In this document: one piece after another, positions 18,984 to 25,650 of the stretch
How positions within the stretch are numbered: the stretch's first letter is position 1
Layout: each line of letters starts with the position of its first letter
Source: Candidatus Saccharimonadota bacterium
Lineage (GTDB): Bacteria > Patescibacteriota > Microgenomatia > UBA1406 > GWC2-37-13
Length of the DNA: 32,000 nucleotides
Reading direction: 5' to 3'
NCBI GenBank assembly: GCA_016432445.1
Contig: CP066689.1
Coordinates: 780,001 to 812,000 of the forward strand
Position numbers and translations under genes: made by a program
Notes under the pieces: generated by a model
Databases searched by the model: none
What the model saw: the letters and a program-made list of their open reading frames with translations, nothing else
What the model was told of the DNA's origin: nothing

Positions 18984-20393
18984 ATGGAATGGCTAATACT
19001 TTTCGGAGCTGGATGGGTTATTTATACAATTGTGAATAAATTTAATGGCAAATCAGAAGCCAAAAATAATAATTACCCTCTTCCACAACATACTTATACT
19101 CCTAAACCTCGACTCAATGTAAAACACATTGATGTATCTGATATAAAACTAAGTTCTGAGCAACAAGAATTATTCAACAAACTCGAAAATACTAAGAATC
19201 ATATTTTTATAACTGGAAAAGCTGGAACAGGTAAATCATTATTACTACAATATTTCAGACAACATTCCTCTAAACGTTTAGTCGTTGTTGCTCCAACTGG
19301 TGTTGCTGCACTTAACGTAAATGGACAAACAATACACTCACTTTTTAAAATTAGGCCAGGCTTTAATTCAAAAGAAAACTTACGTATAAATTCAAAGACA
19401 GCATTACTATTAAAAAATATTGATGCAGTTGTAATTGATGAGATATCAATGGTTCGCGCCGACTTAATAGATTCCATTGATTATATTTTAAAAAGAGCTC
19501 GATTGAATGATGACCCTTTTGGAGGAGTACAAATGATTATGTTCGGAGATTTATATCAATTACCTCCTGTAGTAGAAAGTGCTGAATTACATAAGTACTT
19601 TGCAGATAATCATGGAGGTTTTTATTTTTTTAATGGACATGCTTGGAAAAATGTTCCACTTGAGATAACGGAACTAAAAACTATATTCAGACAAAAGGAC
19701 GAGGATTTTAAAAATATCCTTAACTCCATTCGTACAGGTCAAATGGATGTCAATTTACTAGACCAGCTTAATCAAAGAGTAAAAATTGAAATTCCATCTA
19801 ATGGCGTAATAACACTTGCAACCACCAATCAATCAGTTAATGAAATAAACGAGAAACAACTTTCACAACTTGAAGAAAAAATATTCGAGTATAAAGCTAC
19901 GATCATAGGAGATCTTAGACCACCTTATCCAACAGAAGAAACATTACATTTAAAGAAAGGCGCCCAAGTAATGTTAATGAAAAACGATAAAGAAAAACGC
20001 TGGGTAAATGGCACTCTTGGATATATTGAGTCTCTTGCTGATAAAGAAATTAAAGCAAATATTGATGGTATTGTATATTCTGTTCCTCAAGAAACTTGGA
20101 ACAAAATAAATTATTACTACAATAGGGAAACACGTAAAATCGAAGAAGAAGTAATAAGTTCATTTACGCAATTTCCTTTAAGACTTGCGTGGGCAATAAC
20201 AGTTCATAAATCACAAGGTCAGACATATGGTTCAGTCGTCGTTGACATGGGTGATGGAGCATTTGCTCATGGTCAAACTTATGTTGCGCTAAGCCGATGT
20301 AAAAGCTTAGATGGTCTATACCTTAAAAGAGAACTACTTCACCAAGACATAATTGTAGATCCTTCAATCATTACTTTCATGAATAAAACGTAA
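18984..20393 (+). CDS. Pif1-family SF1 helicase with hydrophobic N-terminal segment
   Basis: Walker A GKAGTGKS, Walker B VVIDEISMV, Pif1 signature block DSIDYILKRARLNDDPFGGVQMIMFGDLYQLPPV, ITVHKSQGQTY, YVALSRCKS. The first 20 aa or so (MEWLILFGAGWVIYTIVNKF) are hydrophobic. Confidence 0.85.
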   Translation: MEWLILFGAGWVIYTIVNKFNGKSEAKNNNYPLPQHTYTPKPRLNVKHIDVSDIKLSSEQQELFNKLENTKNHIFITGKAGTGKSLLLQYFRQHSSKRLVVVAPTGVAALNVNGQTIHSLFKIRPGFNSKENLRINSKTALLLKNIDAVVIDEISMVRADLIDSIDYILKRARLNDDPFGGVQMIMFGDLYQLPPVVESAELHKYFADNHGGFYFFNGHAWKNVPLEITELKTIFRQKDEDFKNILNSIRTGQMDVNLLDQLNQRVKIEIPSNGVITLATTNQSVNEINEKQLSQLEEKIFEYKATIIGDLRPPYPTEETLHLKKGAQVMLMKNDKEKRWVNGTLGYIESLADKEIKANIDGIVYSVPQETWNKINYYYNRETRKIEEEVISSFTQFPLRLAWAITVHKSQGQTYGSVVVDMGDGAFAHGQTYVALSRCKSLDGLYLKRELLHQDIIVDPSIITFMNKT

Positions 20394-20411
20394 TAGATCA
20401 AATAAAAAAAT

Positions 20412-21548
20412 CTATGAGATAGATTCTGATTTACCGATGAGGAGATTGATGTCTAAACCTGCAGTGGAGGATTGGAAGAATGTATCAATTTCATCAATCC
20501 TTTCATAAGAAAGGAAATGGACTTTTTTATCAAAATCTATCTCTCTAAAAGTTGGTCTTTTTACTTGTTCAAAAACCTTATGTTTTTTTAATTGAGGTGC
20601 AACAATAAATAGGGGATAGTTACTATTTGGAGCAACAATTTTTAAATCTGCGAATCTAAGTAGTCCTGAATAAATAGCTGTTGAATTTTCTATTTCAAAA
20701 GCAGCATCAATACGAAATTCCTCTTTCCAAACAACATCGATATTTTCAACATATTTTGCGTTAATATCAATACCTGCAGTAAATTCTTTTTCAAAATCAT
20801 TAAACTGAAATTCTTCCCTTAATTTTTTTTGATCGTTTTTTGGTACCCAGACTTTCGATCCAGTTTTAATTCCCAGCAATGCCAATTTGTGCTGCATTTT
20901 TACATGATCAGAAAGTTCTTTAATTGTTTCTTCATTTTCTTCAATTTCTTCCACTATTTTTTTTACTTCTTCAATATTTTCAATTTGTTTTTTTTCAACC
21001 TTTTCGCCCTTTTTTATTCTAAGAAGAATTTCGTAAAGATCATCATATTTTGAATAAAAATCTAAAATCCTGTCATCAGAAATGTTAGTCAAACCTCTTA
21101 GTTGCCATTCTTTTTTGTAACCAAAAAGGTCTTTTAAGATATCAAAAGGTAAACCTATTTCTACAGGATTTGCAATGAAATAAATTAACTCCCATGGCTC
21201 CATCGAATCTCCTTTTATATTTTTCCACAGTTCTTTTGAAAGATTGATATTAATATCAGTTGTTGCAATTTTACCCATCAACTTAATCGTATTTCCTTCG
21301 ATAATAAAAATATCATCGCCAGCTTTCATTTTGTCAAATTTTTGTCTATTTGCGTCGCCACCTCTTGATCCCCAAACTGCTATTGATTTTAATCCGAAAA
21401 CTCTTTTTAAATTTTCTCGAAGATTCGTATCAACATACTTAAAAATTTTCTCTTGTGAAACTTTATTCACAATTGTATCTTCATAGTGAACCAAAGCTTC
21501 ATAGTTACCTTTTGGAATATAAACAATAAATATTTTTTTTTGAAACAT
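20412..21548 (-). CDS. hypothetical two-domain protein, possible reader-domain + nuclease (type IV restriction-like)
   Basis: The N-terminal pattern IAVWGSRGG...FDKMKAGDDIFIIEGNTIKLMGKI is reminiscent of PUA-like (EVE/ASCH-type) barrels. A Glu/Lys-rich linker follows. The C-terminal HKLALLGIKTGSKVWVP ... NIDVVWKEEFRIDAAFEIENSTAIYSGLLRFADL has a D...E.E nuclease-core-like arrangement. All of this is inference from patterns. Confidence 0.4.
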   Translation of the reverse strand: MFQKKIFIVYIPKGNYEALVHYEDTIVNKVSQEKIFKYVDTNLRENLKRVFGLKSIAVWGSRGGDANRQKFDKMKAGDDIFIIEGNTIKLMGKIATTDININLSKELWKNIKGDSMEPWELIYFIANPVEIGLPFDILKDLFGYKKEWQLRGLTNISDDRILDFYSKYDDLYEILLRIKKGEKVEKKQIENIEEVKKIVEEIEENEETIKELSDHVKMQHKLALLGIKTGSKVWVPKNDQKKLREEFQFNDFEKEFTAGIDINAKYVENIDVVWKEEFRIDAAFEIENSTAIYSGLLRFADLKIVAPNSNYPLFIVAPQLKKHKVFEQVKRPTFREIDFDKKVHFLSYERIDEIDTFFQSSTAGLDINLLIGKSESIS

Positions 21549-21605
21549 AGCCTTATTCTATCAGATACTTGACTTTTGTTGAGGATTATAGTCTACTTAT
21601 ATCAG

Positions 21606-21890
21606 ATGAAAAAAATAATTTTGGCCTTTCTTTTCTTAATAGTTTCTACATTTTTAGTCTCAAACGTCAATGTAGAAGCACGAAACACAACTATTCGTTC
21701 TTATTCGAGTTCATCCCGCAATGTATACAAATACACAACTCCAAGGAACCAAATTTATGTACCCAAAACTCAAACTGTTAAACCATACTTCAAAAGTAAT
21801 GGCACTTACGTTCCCAGTTATCAGAGAGCTCCTTACGGTAGTTTAAAACCTTACTACGCACCTGGCTATCCTCAAAAAAAAATCAAATAA
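21606..21890 (+). CDS. hypothetical small secreted Tyr/Pro-rich protein
   Basis: Start moved to MKKIILAFLFLIVSTFLVSNVNVEA (signal-peptide-like). The mature part is rich in Y, P, K and S. Confidence 0.5.
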   Translation: MKKIILAFLFLIVSTFLVSNVNVEARNTTIRSYSSSSRNVYKYTTPRNQIYVPKTQTVKPYFKSNGTYVPSYQRAPYGSLKPYYAPGYPQKKIK

Positions 21891-21931
21891 ATTTTTCTTT
21901 AAGTTGATATGTTGATTAAAAATCTTCAACT

Positions 21932-21986
21932 TTGTTGTCTATAATCTACTGACAAATGGGGTGTGATGGAGGATACTTAAAATGTG
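21932..21986 (+). promoter_or_regulatory. 55-bp conserved leader, copy A (upstream of rhuM)
   Basis: TTGTTGTCTATAATCTACTGACAAATGGGGTGTGATGGAGGATACTTAAAATGTG. TATAAT (21940-21945) is nested in TTGTC-N11-GACAA. The GGAGGA SD sits 10 nt before the GTG start. 51/55 identical to 22962-23016. Confidence 0.6.
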
Positions 21987-22931
21987 AAAAATATAAATAA
22001 AAAAACACAATCAGAAATAATCCTTTATAAATCTCTCGATGGCTCCACTAAAATAGATGTTATCTTGGAAAATGAAACCGTATGGTTGAGTCAAGATCAA
22101 ATGGCAAAATTATTTCAAAAAAGCAGATCAACAATCAGCGAACATATAAAGCATATTTATGAGGAAAAAGAGCTCGAAGAGTATCAAACTATGACTAAAT
22201 TCGGGAATTCCGAAAATAGCCTCACAAAGCCTATTTATTACTACAATCTTGACGTAATAATCTCCGTTGGCTACAGAGTAAAATCTCTCAGAGGCACACA
22301 ATTTCGCATTTGGGCAACTCAAAGACTTAGGGAGTATATTGTGAAAGGATTTGCGATAAATGATAATAAACTTGCTCTAGGAGGAAATTATTTCGACGAA
22401 TTGTTAGAACGAGTCCGAACAATCCGAACATCGGAAAAAAACTTTTATGAAAAAGTCAGAGATACTTTTGCAACGAGCGTCGATTATGATCCCAAGACTG
22501 ATTACGCGAAAGATTTCTACTCTACGGTACAAAATAAATTTCATTTTGCCATTACTGGTTTAACAGCTGCAGAATTAATATCAAACCGGATTAACTACCG
22601 AAAACCTAATTTAGGTTTAACTAATTGGCCAGGACATATTATCACCAGAAAAGAAGCGGAGATAGCCAAAAATTATTTAGCTGAAACCGAACTTAAGCAG
22701 CTAAAACTCCTCGTCGAACAGTTTTTAGCTTTTGCAGAATTACAAGTTGAAAGAAAAGTACCAATGTATATGCTCGATTGGAAAAATAGATTAAACGAAT
22801 TTTTAAAACTAAACCGTATGGAAATATTGACAACTAAAGGTAAAATGTCACACGAAGATATGCAAAAAAAAGTCAAAGCCGAATTATCCAAATTCAATAT
22901 TAAAAAGTTGAGAGTAAAAAATAGAGAATAA
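21984..22931 (+). CDS. rhuM: RhuM-family protein
   Basis: VWLSQDQMAKLFQKSRSTISEHIKHIY ... YYNLDVIISVGYRVKSLRGTQFRIWATQRLREYIVKGFAINDNKL matches the conserved RhuM N-terminal region as I remember it. GTG start at the position homologous to the kilA-N ATG. Confidence 0.85.
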   Translation: MKNINKKTQSEIILYKSLDGSTKIDVILENETVWLSQDQMAKLFQKSRSTISEHIKHIYEEKELEEYQTMTKFGNSENSLTKPIYYYNLDVIISVGYRVKSLRGTQFRIWATQRLREYIVKGFAINDNKLALGGNYFDELLERVRTIRTSEKNFYEKVRDTFATSVDYDPKTDYAKDFYSTVQNKFHFAITGLTAAELISNRINYRKPNLGLTNWPGHIITRKEAEIAKNYLAETELKQLKLLVEQFLAFAELQVERKVPMYMLDWKNRLNEFLKLNRMEILTTKGKMSHEDMQKKVKAELSKFNIKKLRVKNRE

Positions 22932-22966
22932 CTTTTATGTATTTTGAAAAAATAGTAAGGATTGTT
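22926..22966. repeat. 41-bp direct repeat, copy 1 (39/41 identical to 25207-25247)
   Basis: GAATAACTTTTATGTATTTTGAAAAAATAGTAAGGATTGT. Spans the rhuM stop and a truncated copy of the first 10 codons of the ORF at 25218. Confidence 0.85.
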
Positions 22967-23016
22967 GTCTAAAATCTACTGACAAATGGGGTGGGATGGG
23001 GGATACTTAAAATATG
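22962..23016 (+). promoter_or_regulatory. 55-bp conserved leader, copy B (upstream of kilA-N gene)
   Basis: TTGTTGTCTAAAATCTACTGACAAATGGGGTGGGATGGGGGATACTTAAAATATG. Same TTGTC-N11-GACAA inverted repeat around TAAAAT, with the ATG start at the homologous position. Confidence 0.6.
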
Positions 23017-23838
23017 AGAAATAAAGAAATTATTGTAAAAAATATACTTATTCGTTTTGTTACCGGAGATCATGATAATTTCATTTCATTAACAGATATC
23101 GCCCGTTATAAAGATACAAATGAACCAAAAGATATTGTAAAAAACTGGATGAGAACAAGAAGTACTATTGAATTCTTAGGTATATGGGAAAAAATCAACA
23201 ACCCCAATTTTAAAGGGGTCGAATTCGACGCCTTTAAAAATGACGCAGGGAGTAACACCTTCGTGCTTTCTCCACAAAAATGGATTGACGCCACAAACGC
23301 AATTGGTCTAATCTCAAAGTCAGGTAGATATGGTGGAGGGACATTTGCTCACAAGGATATTGCATTTGAATTTGCCAGCTGGATCAGTTCGGAATTCAAA
23401 TTGTTTTTGATTAAAGAATTTCAAAGATTGAAAGACGAAGAGAATAAAAGACTAGCTCTGGGTTGGGATATAAAAAGAATACTGACAAAGATAAACTATA
23501 AAATCCATACGGATGCTATAAAACAGCATATTATCCCTCCAAAAATTTCCAAACAGTCGATGAATATAATATATGCTAACGAAGCCGATGTTTTGAATAT
23601 GGCTCTTTTTGGCAAAACAGCCAAAAACTGGAGAGATGAAAATAAAAAAAACGAAGGAAATATTAGAGATTATTCAACTGTCGAACAATTAGTTGTTCTG
23701 TCAAATCTGGAAGGATTAAATGCAGAATTTATCAGACAAGGATTATCACAAAGTGAACGATTAAAAAAACTAAATGAAATTGCCATTATTCAGATAAATT
23801 CTCTTCTTGGCAATACAACAATGAAAAAATTACTTTAA
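23014..23838 (+). CDS. KilA-N domain-containing protein
   Basis: FISLTDIARYKD ... IVKNWMRTRSTIEFLGIWEKINNPNF ... GRYGGGTFAHKDIAFEFASWISSEFKLFLIKEFQRLKDEE matches the KilA-N DNA-binding domain pattern as I remember it. Confidence 0.85.
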   Translation: MRNKEIIVKNILIRFVTGDHDNFISLTDIARYKDTNEPKDIVKNWMRTRSTIEFLGIWEKINNPNFKGVEFDAFKNDAGSNTFVLSPQKWIDATNAIGLISKSGRYGGGTFAHKDIAFEFASWISSEFKLFLIKEFQRLKDEENKRLALGWDIKRILTKINYKIHTDAIKQHIIPPKISKQSMNIIYANEADVLNMALFGKTAKNWRDENKKNEGNIRDYSTVEQLVVLSNLEGLNAEFIRQGLSQSERLKKLNEIAIIQINSLLGNTTMKKLL

Positions 23839-23844
23839 AGTACA

Positions 23845-24372
23845 TCAAATATATTTAAGAATCTCGGGGAGGGTGGTGATATTAAACTCATCAATAAAGT
23901 GGCCGGCGCCTTTGACTAAAATAAATTTCCCATTTAGCCTTTTGCTCATTTGTTCAACTGTAAAAGCAGTAAAGTAAGGATCGTTATCTGATGAGAGGCA
24001 ATAAATTTCTTTCACATTTTCTTTTATTTTTTCATGATCTATTTTATTGGGCCAAAATAATTGGTGGTTTTCAAATAGGTCATCAAAATCCCAGCCCGCC
24101 ACCAAAAACATTTTTTTATATTTATGTTTTTCCGCCAGTCTCATTGCTAACAAACATCCAAGACTATGGCCAATGATAATTGTTTCTTCATCAATAGCCA
24201 AAAGATTTTCTATAAAGTTTAATTGCTCGTTCATATCAGGCAGATCAGTGTGCATGGTCGGAAGATCGGGGAGATATACTTCGTAACCTAATTTTTTAAG
24301 TTCCCCTTCAAGCCACGGATACCAATTGGCTGTTGTTTTTTGCTGCCACCCCTGCAAAATCAAAGCTTTCAT
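23845..24372 (-). CDS. YdeN/RBBP9-type serine hydrolase (alpha/beta fold)
   Basis: 175 aa. ILQGW...WYPWL, nucleophile elbow IIIGHSLGC, SSDNDPY, GAGHF: the order and spacing typical of the small Ser_hydrolase family. Confidence 0.75.
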   Translation of the reverse strand: MKALILQGWQQKTTANWYPWLEGELKKLGYEVYLPDLPTMHTDLPDMNEQLNFIENLLAIDEETIIIGHSLGCLLAMRLAEKHKYKKMFLVAGWDFDDLFENHQLFWPNKIDHEKIKENVKEIYCLSSDNDPYFTAFTVEQMSKRLNGKFILVKGAGHFIDEFNITTLPEILKYI

Positions 24373-24424
24373 AGAGATTATTATATCTGATATAAATCTT
24401 TCAAGCTCTGGAGTTGAATAGGAA

Positions 24425-24679
24425 TCAATTATAAACAGGAGTAAAAGACCATGGTTGCTTTAAATTACCAGTTTCTTCCGCTTTAACTACATTTTTACCC
24501 TCATCAATCAGTTCGTCAACTAATTGATAGTTTAATTTATTAAGTTCTTGATTAGTATGAGAAAAGATCACATAAGAATAACCTGAAAATTTCTTTAATA
24601 CATCAGGTTTCGCGATTAAATAGTTAGACAGTTTTTCTGATAAGATTATGTTTATCTTAACTTGTTGGGCTTTACTCAT
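24425..24679 (-). CDS. hypothetical small protein (84 aa)
   Basis: ORF only, co-directional with and 81 nt downstream of the 136-aa ORF. No family recognised. Confidence 0.4.
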   Translation of the reverse strand: MSKAQQVKINIILSEKLSNYLIAKPDVLKKFSGYSYVIFSHTNQELNKLNYQLVDELIDEGKNVVKAEETGNLKQPWSFTPVYN

Positions 24680-24760
24680 ATGATGATATTATAATGGCTA
24701 TATAATAAAAATGTAATGGATTAGTAATAGATTTGCAACGATTATTTACTATAATAATTT

Positions 24761-25171
24761 TTAATATTCCTCAACTTCTATATCTTTTAACAAAGGTTTA
24801 TTTAGTCTAAGAAACTTTCTTTTATACCACAGGTAATTATTTTTTATATCTTCGATAGCCCAATGCAGCAGTTTATTCCAAGTACCTTTTCTTTTAACTC
24901 TATCATAATCTACTATGTCAGCATCATCATTATAAGCAATTCTTGTATGTCTATGCAAAATACCACTATGGTGACTATCATAATAAATAATTGTTACCCA
25001 ATCATCGATAATTTTGATATCTAAAGAAACACAAATGATTTCTGTTGTATTTTTATTTGGTAAATGTTCGTAAACATAAGTAATCCTATTATTTGTTGAG
25101 AGATTATATTGAGTAAGACGTTTATCGCTGTTAACCCGGCTTTTTTGTTTCCTTTTCTTTTTTCTCATCAA
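24761..25171 (-). CDS. hypothetical protein (136 aa, basic N-terminus, His-rich core YYDSHHSGILHRHTR)
   Basis: ORF only. No family confidently recognised. Confidence 0.45.
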   Translation of the reverse strand: MMRKKKRKQKSRVNSDKRLTQYNLSTNNRITYVYEHLPNKNTTEIICVSLDIKIIDDWVTIIYYDSHHSGILHRHTRIAYNDDADIVDYDRVKRKGTWNKLLHWAIEDIKNNYLWYKRKFLRLNKPLLKDIEVEEY

Positions 25172-25206
25172 TTATGATTATAATATTTTTGTTAAAATTA
25201 TTGAAA

Positions 25207-25247
25207 GAATAACCTTTATGTATCTTGAAAAAATAGTAAGGATTGTA
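25207..25247. repeat. 41-bp direct repeat, copy 2
   Basis: GAATAACCTTTATGTATCTTGAAAAAATAGTAAGGATTGT. Contains the ATG (25218) and first 10 codons of the 77-aa ORF. Confidence 0.85.
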
Positions 25248-25451
25248 GGGAATTTTTTGTGGCGGCTCACAAATGCAATTAAATTTGCGGTTTCAGATTA
25301 TGACGCCAAACTCCGGGTGAATACTCCGCTTTGGCAAAGGATAGTTATTTGGTCTGTAGTTTTTGGAATCATGGCCGCAGTAATTGTTATTGCCGTTGTA
25401 ATCATCCTTAAATTCTTCAATCTAGTCTTCTCAGGATTTATTGGCGTATAA
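25218..25451 (+). CDS. hypothetical small membrane protein (77 aa)
   Basis: One clear TM helix (IVIWSVVFGIMAAVIVIAVVIILKFF). Its 5' end is duplicated at 22937. Confidence 0.5.
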   Translation: MYLEKIVRIVGNFLWRLTNAIKFAVSDYDAKLRVNTPLWQRIVIWSVVFGIMAAVIVIAVVIILKFFNLVFSGFIGV

Positions 25452-25502
25452 AATCTTTCGAGCTAAATGGGATTTTAGTAATCTAGTCTGATATATTTAA
25501 TC

Positions 25503-25560
25503 TATGAGTTTGAAGAAACCTTTTTTTGCTCCGCCTTCATGGTTTTTTGGAACAGCATAG
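25503..25560 (+). pseudogene. relic of a tspO 5' end (start codon + internally deleted N-terminus)
   Basis: ATGAGTTTGAAGAAACCTTTTTTTGCTCCGCCTTCATGGTTTTTTGGAACAGCATAG (MSLKKPFFAPPSWFFGTA*) versus intact tspO MRFN...LKKPFFAPPSWAFGIAWS. 26 consecutive identical nt (25513-25538 = 28798-28823), plus similarity around the ATG and just upstream. Confidence 0.6.
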
Positions 25561-25593
25561 TCTATGAAAACCTCCTATAAAATGAAATTGGTG

Positions 25594-25622
25594 TTGCATG
25601 CCTAATATTTCTTTGCTAATAT
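25594..25622 (+). promoter_or_regulatory. sigma70-like promoter TTGCAT-17 nt-TAATAT
   Basis: Read directly. The -10 ends 28 nt upstream of the ATG at 25651. Confidence 0.4.
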
Positions 25623-25650
25623 GGTTTGACTTGTTTTGAAATAAAGCCCT

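Noticed and set aside
20829-21486. Plus-strand ORFs 20829-21053 and 21244-21486
   Set aside because: They are antisense to the 378-aa ORF. The first is Phe/Asn-rich and low-complexity, being the complement of the Glu/Lys-rich linker.
21569-21781. 70-aa ORF and the 21576 start of the 104-aa ORF
   Set aside because: They overlap in alternative frames. The signal-peptide-like MKKIILAFLFL... start at 21606 is the only biologically sensible reading.
21932-23016. Integron-style attC sites, or a CRISPR-like repeat, for the 55-bp duplicated sequence
   Set aside because: There are only two copies. Each includes the SD and start codon of the downstream gene, so it acts as a 5' leader rather than a 3' recombination site. 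No integrase is present.
10080-25650. Calling the accessory segment a prophage, ICE or transposon
   Set aside because: I recognised no integrase, transposase, terminase, capsid or conjugation genes, no flanking tRNA, and no terminal repeats at the borders. KilA-N and RhuM alone are insufficient.
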